Part shown: positions 1 through 12,944 of the stretch, in pieces | How positions within the stretch are numbered: position 1 is the stretch's first letter | Layout of the letters: each line of letters begins with the position of its first letter | From: Alphaproteobacteria bacterium | GTDB taxonomy: Bacteria; Pseudomonadota; Alphaproteobacteria; GCA-2731375 | Assembly: GCA_965225945.1 (NCBI GenBank) | Contig: CBDDBZ010000039.1 | Location: forward strand, 629,458-693,457 | Length of the DNA stretch: 64,000 nt | Direction: 5' to 3' | The notes under the pieces: generated by a model | What the model was told of the DNA's origin: nothing | What the model saw: only the letters and a program-made list of their open reading frames with translations | Databases searched by the model: none | Translations under genes and position numbers: made by a program

Positions 1-16
1 GGTCACCGGTGCGCTC

Positions 17-1303
17 TTGCTGGCGCCGGGGAACTTCAGGCTCGTGCTGTCGAATGTTATCGTTCTAGTTGCTTTCATGCTATGGCTACTCGGCATCGAC
101 GCGGTGCTGTGGACGCTGGTCACTTTATCTCTCCTATTCCCGGCCATCGCGCTCTCCCGGACCATGATCAATCACATTTTCGACAACGTCGAGGATCTAA
201 CTCCGATTGCGGCGGAGGATGGCGATGATTTGGAAGAGGAAAACGCGTCCGAAATACCAAGCCGTTATCAACTGTACCGTCCGATCGCGTATCGATTGGT
301 CCGATTTGTCCTGACTATCGCCGCCATCCTGACACTCGGCGCGATATGGGACGTCACGTCGTTATTGAGCGCGACGTCAGATTCACTCGCCGAGAAAATT
401 TTTGGATTCATCATCGACGTCGTCTTCGCCTTGCTCGTCGCCGATTTGATTTGGACTTGGGCGAAAACCGCGATCGAGCGAAAATTGGCCTCCATACCGA
501 CACCCGAACCTGGAAGTGCTCCGGGACCGAAAGCTCGAATGGCAACCTTGCTACCGATGATAAAGAAGGTCTTGTTGATCACCATCATTATCATGGTGAC
601 GCTTATTTTTCTGTCATCATTGGGGGTCAACGTCGCCCCGATCTTGGCCGGCGCGGGCGTGCTGGGTATCGCCTTGGGTTTCGGCGCCCAGGCCTTGGTA
701 ATCGATATCTTTTCCGGAGTGTTCTTTCTGATCGATGATGCCTTTCGGGTCGGTGAATATATTGAAATGGGTGATTTTCGAGGCACTGTCGAAGCCGTTT
801 CCATCCGTCCATTGCGCGTGCGTCATCATCGCGGGGCTTTGCATACGATTCCGTACGGAGAATTGAAGTCCTTGACCAACTACAGCCGTGACTGGGTCAT
901 AATGAAACTGGAATTTCGAGTTCCGTTCGACACGGATATCAAGTTGATAAAGAAGATCGTCAAGAAGGTCGGCGCAAAGTTGAAGGATAATCCCGATTAT
1001 GGTCATCACATAATTCAAGATCTGAAGTCCCAGGGCGTGCGGAGGATGGAGGAATTCAACATGGTGGTGGGCATCAAGTTCATGGCGGTACCAGGTGAGC
1101 AATGGACGATTCGCCGCGACAGCTATCAAATGATCCGCGACGAGTTTGAAAAGAACGGTATCGTCTTCGCGCAACGTCATGTCAAGGTCGAGGTCGTCAG
1201 CGATAGGCCGCTGACAGAGCAGGAAGAAGAAGCCGCCGCGAGCGCGGCACAGGAGAGTGTCGAACAGCAGGAGCCCGCGGGTCCGGCACCGGATGAACCT
1301 TAG
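17..1303 (+). CDS. Mechanosensitive channel MscS-family protein (probably 5'-partial)
   Basis: Multiple TM segments followed by the MscS core (AGAGVLGIALGFGAQ, DAFRVGEYIE, GTVEAVSIR, IPYGE); visibly lower GC than neighbours. Confidence 0.9.
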   Translation: MLAPGNFRLVLSNVIVLVAFMLWLLGIDAVLWTLVTLSLLFPAIALSRTMINHIFDNVEDLTPIAAEDGDDLEEENASEIPSRYQLYRPIAYRLVRFVLTIAAILTLGAIWDVTSLLSATSDSLAEKIFGFIIDVVFALLVADLIWTWAKTAIERKLASIPTPEPGSAPGPKARMATLLPMIKKVLLITIIIMVTLIFLSSLGVNVAPILAGAGVLGIALGFGAQALVIDIFSGVFFLIDDAFRVGEYIEMGDFRGTVEAVSIRPLRVRHHRGALHTIPYGELKSLTNYSRDWVIMKLEFRVPFDTDIKLIKKIVKKVGAKLKDNPDYGHHIIQDLKSQGVRRMEEFNMVVGIKFMAVPGEQWTIRRDSYQMIRDEFEKNGIVFAQRHVKVEVVSDRPLTEQEEEAAASAAQESVEQQEPAGPAPDEP

Positions 1304-1408
1304 AGTCCGAGCGAAAAGTCGCCATTGGCGGCCCTTGGCGGCGAAGCGCCGGTGGTTCCCTATGATCGGGCGGCGCTATAGCATCTCCCTCCGTGGGGAG
1401 GGGCGGCC

Positions 1409-4702
<3,294 letters not shown>

Positions 4703-4753
4703 GGCCGAAATGACGGCATCCGAGATCGGCTACGCCAGGGGAGGAGACAGGCC

Positions 4754-5947
4754 ATGAAGATCATCCCGGAAATCGCCGCGCGAGCCGAGGAGCTCGGCCA
4801 AATCCGCCGCGACATCCATGCCCATCCCGAGCTCGGCTTCGAGGAGAGCCGGACCTCGGACCTCGTCGCCGGCCTGCTGGAATCCTGGGGAATCGAGGTC
4901 CATCGCGGTCTCGCCGGCACCGGCGTCGTCGGCACGCTGCGGGCCGGCGAGGACAAGCGCGCCATCGGGCTTCGCGCCGACATGGACGCGCTGCCGATCC
5001 AGGAGGCGAACGATTTCGCCCACCGCTCGCGGAACGAGGGCAAGATGCACGCCTGCGGCCACGACGGCCACACCACGATGCTGCTGGGCGCGGCCCGTTA
5101 CCTGGCCGAAACCCGCGACTTCGACGGCACCGTCCATTTCGTCTTCCAGCCGGCGGAGGAGGGCCTGGGCGGTGCCCGGGCGATGGTCGAGCAGGGGCTG
5201 TTTCGCGATTTTCCGATGCAGCGAATCTACGGCATGCACAACACGCCCTCGCTCGGCCCCGGTCGCTTCGCCATCCGGGCGGGCCCGATGATGGCGGGCG
5301 GCGCCTTCTTCGACATCGAGATCACCGGGCGCGGTGCCCACGGCGCCCGGCCGGAGGGCAGCGTCGATCCCGTGGTGGTCGCGGCCCAGATCATCACCGC
5401 GCTGCAGACCATCGTCGCCCGCAACACAGCGCCGCGAGAGGCCGCCGTGGTGAGCGTGACCCGCCTGCATGCCGGCGAGGCTTACAACGTCATTCCCGGC
5501 GAGGCGCGGCTCGGCGGCACGGTTCGGGTGTTCAGCGCCGAGACCATGGCGCTGGTGGAGCGGCGGATGGCTGAATTGTCGGGGGGCATCGCGCGAAGCT
5601 TCGGCGCCACCGCCCGGCTCGATTTCCGCGAGATCTTCCGCCCCCTCGTCAACGACGCGGAAGAGACCGCCTTCGCCGCCGAGGTGGCGGCAGAACTGGT
5701 GGGGCCCGAGAACGTCGAGCGCGAGCGCTCGCTGGTCATGGCCTCGGAGGATTTCTCCGACATGCTGGCGGCCTGCCCCGGGGCCTACATTTATATCGGT
5801 AACGGCGACGAGACTGGCCAGGGGGGCGAGGCCTGCCAGGTGCACAATGCCGGCTACGATTTCAACGACGCGATCCTGCCCTTGGGCGCGAGCTACTGGA
5901 GCCGCCTGGTGGAAACCAAGCTGGCGCGCGAGCGGCCGGCGGGCTGA
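4754..5947 (+). CDS. M20D amidohydrolase (hippurate hydrolase-like)
   Basis: HPELGFEE, RADMDAL, MHACGHDGH, FQPAEEG, SEDF; GGAG RBS upstream. Confidence 0.93.
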   Translation: MKIIPEIAARAEELGQIRRDIHAHPELGFEESRTSDLVAGLLESWGIEVHRGLAGTGVVGTLRAGEDKRAIGLRADMDALPIQEANDFAHRSRNEGKMHACGHDGHTTMLLGAARYLAETRDFDGTVHFVFQPAEEGLGGARAMVEQGLFRDFPMQRIYGMHNTPSLGPGRFAIRAGPMMAGGAFFDIEITGRGAHGARPEGSVDPVVVAAQIITALQTIVARNTAPREAAVVSVTRLHAGEAYNVIPGEARLGGTVRVFSAETMALVERRMAELSGGIARSFGATARLDFREIFRPLVNDAEETAFAAEVAAELVGPENVERERSLVMASEDFSDMLAACPGAYIYIGNGDETGQGGEACQVHNAGYDFNDAILPLGASYWSRLVETKLARERPAG

Positions 5948-6050
5948 TACCAACGGACCTGGGCCCCGGCCGCTCCGATCCCCCGGCCACGCCCCATGCG
6001 GCGGGCCACGATCGCGGGCGAAGGCCCGGTCCGAGCCGTTTCGAATCGGC

Positions 6051-6839
6051 TCAGCGCGGCCAGTCGCGCAAATTCACCAGGCCGCCGTCGATCGGCAGCA
6101 AGATCCCGGTGACCCAGCGCGCTTCGTCGCTGGCCAGGTAGAGCGCGCCCCAAGCGACGTCCCAGGCGGTGCCCCGCGTCGCCATCGGCACCTGGTCGAC
6201 GCGGCGTTGGCGCGCCTCCTCGCCCATGTGGGCGACCATGGGCGTGTCCACCGTGCCGACAATGATGCAGTTGCTGCGAATGCCGTCGCGGGCGAAGTCG
6301 GCGGCGACCGAATAGCTGAAGCCGTGCATGCCGGCCTTGGAGGTCGCATAGGCGGCGGCGCCGACGGCGCTGATCAGCCCGCGGGCACCGGCGATCGAGG
6401 AGATGTTGATGATCGAGCCACCGCCGGCCCGCTTCAGCGCCGGGATCGCCGCCTTGGTGCATTGCATCATCGACTTCAAATTGACCTCGAGGACCGCGTC
6501 CCAGTCGGCTTCCTCGACCACCTCGGCGGTGCCGCCCTGGCCGATGCCGACGTTGTTGACCAGGATATCGAGGCGGCCGTGGCGCGCTTCGGCCAGGGCG
6601 ACCATGGCGCCCGCGTCCTCGGCCCGGGTCGCGTCGCCGGCAAAAACCGAGGCCTCGCCGCCCTCGCCGGCGATCTCGACGCGGAGCGCCTCGGCCCGTT
6701 CCTCGGAGCGGTTGACCAGGACCACGCTAGCGCCTTCGCGGGCGAAGAGGATCGCCATCGCCTTGCCGTTGCCGACACCCTCGCCGCGCGAGGCCGCGCC
6801 GGTGACGATGGCGACCTTGCCGTCCAGCCGTCCGGTCAA
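6051..6839 (-). CDS. SDR family NAD(P)-dependent oxidoreductase
   Basis: VTGA..G.G, NNVG, YxxxK (YATSK), IDGG. Confidence 0.93.
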   Translation of the reverse strand: MTGRLDGKVAIVTGAASRGEGVGNGKAMAILFAREGASVVLVNRSEERAEALRVEIAGEGGEASVFAGDATRAEDAGAMVALAEARHGRLDILVNNVGIGQGGTAEVVEEADWDAVLEVNLKSMMQCTKAAIPALKRAGGGSIINISSIAGARGLISAVGAAAYATSKAGMHGFSYSVAADFARDGIRSNCIIVGTVDTPMVAHMGEEARQRRVDQVPMATRGTAWDVAWGALYLASDEARWVTGILLPIDGGLVNLRDWPR

Positions 6840-7055
6840 TGTTTCTCACTCCTTGAAACCGACTTGTCCCAATTGACCGCCGGTTCTGGCCATGACGCTA
6901 GCCATTTGGGCCTTCGATGGCAATTTGGCGATCGTTCGCCGCGCAGGGGGCGCCCGCCGCCGGTCCGCGGCGACGAGGATACACCTCGTCATGACCACGC
7001 GAGCGGCGCCGTGTTCGATGGAATTGGCGCCTGTCGGCAAGCGCGCCGGCACCTC

Positions 7056-7125
7056 TGTCCCATTTTGAAACTGTATTAAACTAGAACAACTGCCCCAATT
7101 TGAACTATTTGTCCTAATTCAGAAC
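7056..7125 (+). promoter_or_regulatory. Array of imperfect TGT-N10-AAC boxes, candidate enhancer for a sigma54 activator
   Basis: TGTCCCATTTTGAAAC (7056), TGTATTAAACTAGAAC (7072), TGCCCCAATTTGAAC (7091), TGTCCTAATTCAGAAC (7110) in an AT-rich patch upstream of a sigma54 site. Confidence 0.45.
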
Positions 7126-7202
7126 GTACCGATTTGGGGATTTCCGCTCAATAGAGGGATGCGACGCGGGAAAACCCTTGGAATCCCACAGGTGCCCATA
7201 GT

Positions 7203-7218
7203 TGGCACGCCCCTTGCT
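7203..7218 (+). promoter_or_regulatory. Sigma54 (RpoN) -24/-12 promoter
   Basis: TGGCACG-CCCC-TTGCT matches consensus TGGCACG-N4-TTGC(A/T) exactly. Confidence 0.82.
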
Positions 7219-7227
7219 ATGTATGTT

Positions 7228-7360
7228 GGTGAAGGCCACGAGGCGGTCCGACCCGGCAAGCGGTTTTCACCTAGAGTGTAGATTCCCTCTCTGTCTGACC
7301 GTTCATGCCCTCAACCCGGTCAGACGTCGCTTTCGGGCGCCCTCGGGCGCCCTTTTCTTT
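7228..7360 (+). ncRNA. Candidate sigma54-dependent small RNA (~133 nt, three hairpins)
   Basis: Starts about 11 nt after the -12 GC; stem GGTGAAGGCC/GGTTTTCACC (7228-7271), stem GTCTGACCG/CGGTCAGAC (7293-7325), terminator hairpin plus U-tract; no credible ORF. Confidence 0.65.
7335..7360 (+). terminator. Rho-independent terminator
   Basis: GGGCGCC-CTCG-GGCGCCC followed by TTTTCTTT. Confidence 0.8.
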
Positions 7361-7460
7361 GCTTATAGGCCCTGTCGGGACGAATTGCCATCACCATTCG
7401 TCAACGCCATCGGGGCGCCCGGGCCGCGGGATCGGGCGCGATGCGGCCCGAGTCCCGCGA

Positions 7461-8858
7461 TTATTTCTCCAGCGCGGCGCGGGCGCGGGCGATCTCGCCG
7501 GCCAGTAGGTCGGCTTGCGGCAGGCCGGGCTCGATCTTGGCCAGCAGCCGCTCCCAGAGCTCGACCGCGCGGGCCAATCGGCCGGACCGGGATTCGGAGA
7601 GGCCGACGAACCACAGCGCCTCGCCGTGCTCGGGATCGAGCTCCAGAACCCGTCTGAAATCGTCGAGCGCCGCGGCCGGGAGCGCCGCCTCGTCGGCGGC
7701 GGCGGCGATCGAGGCGCGCGCGCGGGCCACCAGCGGCGCCGGATGCTCGGGGCGAAGCGCGCTCGCCCGGCCATAGGCCGCCACCGCCTCGGCCCCGCGT
7801 TGCAACACACCGTAGGCGCGGCCGAGCCGCATCCAGCCGTCGAAATCCTCGGGCGTCTGCTCCAGCCGCGCGGCCAGCCGCGCGACCATGGCCCCGATGA
7901 ACGCGGCCCGCTCACCTTCGTCCATGCCCTCGACCAGGGAGGGATCGGGCGCGCCCGGCGCCGCCGTCCTCGCCCGGGCCTCATGGCTGCGCAGGCGCGC
8001 CAGGAACGCCGGCGGCAACTCATCTTCCAGCGGAATCGCCAACTTCTCGCCCGCCCGGGCGAGCCTGAGCAACACCCGATCGAGCCAGGGAGCGTCCACC
8101 GAGGCCGTCTTGGCCAGCGCGAGCCAGCCGTCGAAGGCCGCCTGCGGCCGGCCCGCCTGCCATTCCGCCAGCGCCAGGTAGTAATGCGGGCGGGGCAAGG
8201 CCGGATCGCGCGCCCGCGCCGCCTCGAAGGCCGCGCGCGCGGCCGGGCGAACCGTGCCCTCGGCGGCAAGGGTCAGCGCCTCGCCGAGGTCCGCCTCGCT
8301 CCGCGCCTCGCCCGGCGCGCGCGCCACCGCCTCGTAAAAGGCCTCCGCTGCCGCCGTCGCGCGACCGTGTGCCAAAAGCGCGTGGCCGAGAACACGCCAG
8401 CCCTCGACGTCGCCCGGCGCCTCGGCCAGGCGGGCTCGGAGCTGCCGGACTTCCTTGCTCAGCGGTGCCCGCGCCTCGGCCTCCGGGCGCGGCGCGGGCA
8501 CCGCGCCCTCCAGCCCGGGCGAACCGAGAAGCGCGTAAAGCCCAAGCGCGATCGCCGGCAGGGCGAGCACGACGACGATCGCCGGCAGACGGGAGCGGTC
8601 CCCCGCCTCGCCGCCATCCTCCGCCAGGTCGACCAGGCGGAGCAGCCGGCGTTCGATCTCCAGCCGCGCCGTGGCCGCCTCCCCGGCCCCGATCAGGCCC
8701 CGCACGAGATCCTCCTCCAGCTCCGCCAATTGCCGGCGGTGAACGGCGATATCGTGCTCGCGCCGGGCCCTGGGCGCGCGGGCGCGGCCGAACAACGGCA
8801 CCAGCAGCATGGCCGTCATCGAGGCCGCCAGCACTGCCAGAACGAGCCAGAGACTCAT
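7461..8858 (-). CDS. ccmI: Cytochrome c-type biogenesis protein CcmI/CycH (TPR)
   Basis: Start MSLWLVLAV at 8858; RRQLAELEEDLVRGLI..ARLEIERRLL; LYALLGSP; TPR repeats; last gene of the ccm operon. Confidence 0.88.
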   Translation of the reverse strand: MSLWLVLAVLAASMTAMLLVPLFGRARAPRARREHDIAVHRRQLAELEEDLVRGLIGAGEAATARLEIERRLLRLVDLAEDGGEAGDRSRLPAIVVVLALPAIALGLYALLGSPGLEGAVPAPRPEAEARAPLSKEVRQLRARLAEAPGDVEGWRVLGHALLAHGRATAAAEAFYEAVARAPGEARSEADLGEALTLAAEGTVRPAARAAFEAARARDPALPRPHYYLALAEWQAGRPQAAFDGWLALAKTASVDAPWLDRVLLRLARAGEKLAIPLEDELPPAFLARLRSHEARARTAAPGAPDPSLVEGMDEGERAAFIGAMVARLAARLEQTPEDFDGWMRLGRAYGVLQRGAEAVAAYGRASALRPEHPAPLVARARASIAAAADEAALPAAALDDFRRVLELDPEHGEALWFVGLSESRSGRLARAVELWERLLAKIEPGLPQADLLAGEIARARAALEK

Positions 8859-9334
8859 ACCGGCCCGTCCTCTTCGGCCAGCAGGTCCTCGAGCCGGCGG
8901 CGCTCGTCGGCCGCCAGCGCCGCCGGCGCCGCCGCGCTTTGCCGGCGCCGGCGATACCACAGGACGACGCCGAGACCGCCCCCGATCAGCAGCAGCGCCG
9001 GGGCCAGCCAGATCAGCGCCGTCGCTGGGCGAAACGGCGGCCGCAACAGCACCCACTCGCCGTAGCGTCGAACCAGAAACGCCCGCACCTCGTCGTCGCC
9101 GTCGCCCGCCACCAATCGCTCGCGCACCAGGGTGCGCAGATCGCGGGCCAGTTCGGCGTTGGATTCGGCGATCGACTGGTTCTGACAGACGAGGCAGCGG
9201 ATTTCCCGGTGCAGCGCCAGCGCCCGGGCCTCGAGGGCGGGATCGACAAGCGGCACCTCCGGCGCGCTCTGGGCCCAGGCCGTCGCGGCGAACGCCAGCA
9301 CCGCCGAGGCCAGAGCCACGCGAAACCTCAGCAT
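8855..9334 (-). CDS. ccmH: Cytochrome c-type biogenesis protein CcmH/CycL
   Basis: Signal peptide, RCLVCQNQSI.ESNA.LA.DLR, RYGEWVLLRPP. Confidence 0.93.
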   Translation of the reverse strand: MLRFRVALASAVLAFAATAWAQSAPEVPLVDPALEARALALHREIRCLVCQNQSIAESNAELARDLRTLVRERLVAGDGDDEVRAFLVRRYGEWVLLRPPFRPATALIWLAPALLLIGGGLGVVLWYRRRRQSAAAPAALAADERRRLEDLLAEEDGPV

Positions 9335-9939
9335 GCCACCGCCTCTCCGGCCCGTGCCGCCCGGATCGCGGGCAACAGTTTGGTTTCGAGGGCTTGCTCC
9401 GATATCGCGCCGATGTGCTTGCAAACGATGCGGCTGCCGGCATCGACGACGAAGCTTTCCGGCACCCCGTAGACGCCCCAGTCGATCGCCACCCGGCCGG
9501 CCCGGTCGGCGCCGACGCCCTGATAGGGATCGCCGAAGCGGGTCAGCCAGCGGAGCGCCGGCTCCCGCTCGTCCTTGTAGTTGAGGCCGTGGACGGTGAC
9601 GATTCCCCGCTCCTTCAGTCGCATCAGGATCGGATGTTCGATCCGGCAGGTGAAGCACCAGGAGGCGAAGACGTTGACCAGCGTCACCTCGCCCACCAAG
9701 TCGGCGCTGGCGAGGCCCGGCGCGCGGCCCTCGATCGGCGGCAGGTCGAACTCGGGCACGGCTGAGCCGATGAGGGCGGAGGGAATCTCGCGGGGTGCCA
9801 GGTAGAGACCGTGCAGCAGAAAGCCGCCGAGCGCCACGAAGGCGAGCAGCGGCACCAGCGCGAAGCCGAGGCCCAGGGGATTTCGGAGGGGACTCCGCGG
9901 CGCGTCGTCTCCACCGGCGTCGTTCTCCGAGGTGCGCAT
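9328..9939 (-). CDS. ccmG: Thiol:disulfide interchange protein CcmG/DsbE
   Basis: NVFASWCFTC, NYKD, GVYGVPESF. Confidence 0.93.
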   Translation of the reverse strand: MRTSENDAGGDDAPRSPLRNPLGLGFALVPLLAFVALGGFLLHGLYLAPREIPSALIGSAVPEFDLPPIEGRAPGLASADLVGEVTLVNVFASWCFTCRIEHPILMRLKERGIVTVHGLNYKDEREPALRWLTRFGDPYQGVGADRAGRVAIDWGVYGVPESFVVDAGSRIVCKHIGAISEQALETKLLPAIRAARAGEAVAC

Positions 9940-9949
9940 CGGCCGTCTC

Positions 9950-11941
9950 CTATTCCGCCGCCGCCGGCGCCGGCGCCATCGGCGCGAGGCGACGGCGGAG
10001 GGGCGCGCCGACCCGGTGGCGGCGGTCGCTCAGCGAGAGCGCGCCCCCCAGCACCATGATCAACGCGCCGCCCCAGATCCAATGCACCAGCGGCTTGAAA
10101 TAAAGCCGCGTCGACCAGGCGCCGTCGCCCACCGGCTCGCCGATCACGGCGTAGAGATCGCCGCCGGGCCGGGGCTGGATCGCCGCCTCGGTGGTCTGCA
10201 TCGGCGGGTTCGGATAGCGCCGCGACTGCGGTGCCAGGACGGCGATCTCGGCGCCGTCGCGGAACACCCGAAAGCGGCCCTCGACGGCGGCGTAGTTCGG
10301 CCCCCGGACCGGGCGCACCCCCTCGAAGCGGTAGACATGGTCGCCGACCCGGGCCTCCTCGCCGGGTTTCAGCGGCAGCAGGCGTTCGCTCTCCCAGGCG
10401 GTCGAGGCGACGATACCGAGCAGCACCACGCCGGCGCCCCCATGCGCCACCGTCATCCCCCAGGCGGCGCGCGGCAGCGCCACGGCCCGGCGCCAACTGT
10501 CCCGCGCGGGCGCGCGAAAGAGCTTCACCCGGTCCGCCAGCCCGACGCCCGTGGCGACGATCAGCCAGGCGCCGAGCGCCATCCCCGCAATCGCCAGCCA
10601 CGGCCCGTCCGAGACCGCGACCAGGCCCCAGATCACCACCCCCAGCGCCGCCAGGGCGGCGAGCCAGAGCCGCTGCAACGCGGCGCCCAGATCGCCGCGC
10701 TTCCAGGGCAGCAGCGGGCCCACCGCCATCGCCGCCAACACCGGCACCATGATCGGCCCGAAGGTGGCGTTGAAATAGGGCGGGCCGACGGAGATCTTCT
10801 GGCCGGTCAGCGAATCGAGGAAGAGCGGATAGAGCGTGCCGAGAAAGACGGTGGCCGCCGCCGCGCTCAACAACAGGTTGTTGAGGATCAGCGCGCCCTC
10901 CCGGCTCACCGGCTGGAACAGGCCGCCGCCGCCGAGCCGGGGCGCGCGCAGCGCGTAGAGCGTGAGCGAGCCGGCGACCACGACGAAGAGGAAGGCCAGG
11001 ATGAAGATGCCGCGCGCGGGATCGTTGGCGAAGGCGTGCACCGAGGTCAAGACGCCGGAACGCACCAGGAAGGTGCCGAGCAGGCTCAACGAGAACGTCA
11101 CGATCGCCAGCAGCACGGTCCAGCTCTTCAGCGTGTCGCGCTTTTCCACCACAATCGCGGAATGCAACAGCGCGGTGCCGGCGAGCCAGGGCATGAAACT
11201 CGCGTTCTCCACCGGATCCCAGAACCACCAGCCGCCCCAGCCCAGCTCGTAATAGGCCCACCAACTGCCGAGCGCGATCCCGAGGGTGAGAAAACACCAG
11301 GCGACGAGCGTCCAGGGCCGCACCCACCGCGCCCACACGGCGTCGACCCGGCCCTCGATCAGGGCGGCCACGGCGAAGGAGAAGGCGATCGAGAAGCCGA
11401 CATAGCCGAGATAGAGGAAGGGGGGATGGAAGGCGAGGCCCGGATCCTGCAACAGCGGGTTCAGGCCCTGGCCGTCCGCCGGCGCGGGCGAGAGCCGGGC
11501 GAAGGGGTTGGAGGTGAACAGGCTGAAGGCGAGAAAACCCACCGCGATCAGCGCCTGCACTGCCAGCACCCGGGCGCGGAACGCCGCCGGCAGGTTGCCG
11601 CCGAACCAGGCCACGGCGAGACCGAAGAGCGCCAGGATCAGCAACCAGAGCAGGAGCGAGCCCTCGTGGTTGCCCCAAACGCCGCTGATCTTGTAAAGCA
11701 GCGGCTTCGCCGAGTGGGAGTTTGCCACCACGTTCACAAGCGAGAAATCCGAATTTACGTAGGCCGCGGTCAGGCACCCGAAGGCGAGCGCGATCAGCAG
11801 GAACTGCGCCGTCGCCTGCGGCCCGGCGAGCGCGATCAGCCGGGCATTACCCCTGGCCGCGCCCCAGAGCGGCAAGATCCCCTGCGAGACCGCCACGACG
11901 AAGGCGAAGACCAGGGCGAAGTGACCGATCTCCGCGATCAC
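9950..11941 (-). CDS. ccmF: Heme lyase CcmF
   Basis: MIAEIGHFAL, WGNHEGS, HPPFLYLGY, WGGWWFWDPVEN, SVHAFA. Confidence 0.97.
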   Translation of the reverse strand: MIAEIGHFALVFAFVVAVSQGILPLWGAARGNARLIALAGPQATAQFLLIALAFGCLTAAYVNSDFSLVNVVANSHSAKPLLYKISGVWGNHEGSLLLWLLILALFGLAVAWFGGNLPAAFRARVLAVQALIAVGFLAFSLFTSNPFARLSPAPADGQGLNPLLQDPGLAFHPPFLYLGYVGFSIAFSFAVAALIEGRVDAVWARWVRPWTLVAWCFLTLGIALGSWWAYYELGWGGWWFWDPVENASFMPWLAGTALLHSAIVVEKRDTLKSWTVLLAIVTFSLSLLGTFLVRSGVLTSVHAFANDPARGIFILAFLFVVVAGSLTLYALRAPRLGGGGLFQPVSREGALILNNLLLSAAAATVFLGTLYPLFLDSLTGQKISVGPPYFNATFGPIMVPVLAAMAVGPLLPWKRGDLGAALQRLWLAALAALGVVIWGLVAVSDGPWLAIAGMALGAWLIVATGVGLADRVKLFRAPARDSWRRAVALPRAAWGMTVAHGGAGVVLLGIVASTAWESERLLPLKPGEEARVGDHVYRFEGVRPVRGPNYAAVEGRFRVFRDGAEIAVLAPQSRRYPNPPMQTTEAAIQPRPGGDLYAVIGEPVGDGAWSTRLYFKPLVHWIWGGALIMVLGGALSLSDRRHRVGAPLRRRLAPMAPAPAAAE

Positions 11942-11990
11942 GGAGCCGTCCTCCTCGGGCGGCGCGGCGCGGCGCGCTCGATGCCCATCG

Positions 11991-12944
11991 CTATCGACCC
12001 ACCGGGGTCAGCACCGGCCGGCCGGCGAAATGGCGGACCAGGTTCTCGATCATCAATTCACCCATGGCGGTCCGGGTCTCGATGGTGGCGCTGGCGTGAT
12101 GCGGCTGCACGATGACGCCGGGAAACGCCAGCAGTTCGCCCGGCACGTCGGGTTCCGCCTCGAAGACGTCGAGCGCGGCGCCGCCGATCAGCCCGTCACG
12201 CAGCGCCCCGATCAGGCCGTCGGTGTCGACCACGCTGCCGCGCGCGACGTTGACCAGGAAGCCGCCCGGCCCCAGCGCCGCCAGCACCTCGTGGTCGATC
12301 ATGTGCCGGGTCTCGGGCCCGCCCGGACAACAGAGCACCAGATAGTCCGAGGCGGCGGCGAGTTCCCTCGCGCTGGCGTGATAGTCCTCGGCGACGTCGG
12401 CCTGCCGGTTTCGACCGTGATAAGCGACGGTCATGCCGAAGGCCGCCGCCCGCTTGCCCACCTGCTTGCCGATGCGCCCGAAGCCGACGATGCCGACGGT
12501 CTTGCCGCGAAGCGCGCTCGAGAGCCCGATGTCGCCTTCCCGGGGCCAGCGCCCGGCGCGGACGTAGCCGTCGCCCTCGACGATGCGGCGCGACGCGGCG
12601 ATCAGCAGCCCCATGGCGAGGTCGGCGACGCAATCGGTCAGCACCTCCGGCGTGTTGGTCACCACGACGCCCCGCTCGGCCGCGGCGGCGAGGTCCACGA
12701 AATCGACCCCGACGGCGAAGCAGGAGACAATCTCGAGGCCGGGAATTGCGTGGATCATGGCGCTATCGACCGGGTCCGGCGCGGTCGCGACCACGGCGCG
12801 GACACCGCCCGCGACCCGGCTGAGCAAGGCCGCCGGTTGCTCGGCGCTGTGATACTTGTGGACGGTGAATTCGGCTTCCAGCTTCTCAGTTGTCCAGGGT
12901 GGAAAATCGGAGACCTGCAGAACCTCGACCCGATCCTCGCTCAC
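11991..12944 (-). CDS. D-2-hydroxyacid dehydrogenase (GhrB-like)
   Basis: GIVGFGRIG, NVARGSVVD, LDVFEAEP, QPHHAS; GTG start overlaps the ccmE stop (GTGA). Confidence 0.92.
   Translation of the reverse strand: MSEDRVEVLQVSDFPPWTTEKLEAEFTVHKYHSAEQPAALLSRVAGGVRAVVATAPDPVDSAMIHAIPGLEIVSCFAVGVDFVDLAAAAERGVVVTNTPEVLTDCVADLAMGLLIAASRRIVEGDGYVRAGRWPREGDIGLSSALRGKTVGIVGFGRIGKQVGKRAAAFGMTVAYHGRNRQADVAEDYHASARELAAASDYLVLCCPGGPETRHMIDHEVLAALGPGGFLVNVARGSVVDTDGLIGALRDGLIGGAALDVFEAEPDVPGELLAFPGVIVQPHHASATIETRTAMGELMIENLVRHFAGRPVLTPVGR

Noticed and set aside
7202-7657. 151-aa ORF over the sigma54/sRNA region
   Set aside because: Starts inside the promoter motif, crosses a terminator, overlaps ccmI antisense, and has low-complexity composition
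8859-9443. Extended starts in the ORF track for ccmI, and likewise ccmH, the NUDIX genes, rnr, dprA and the hyuB genes
   Set aside because: They overlap upstream genes; downstream starts with coupling or an RBS fit better
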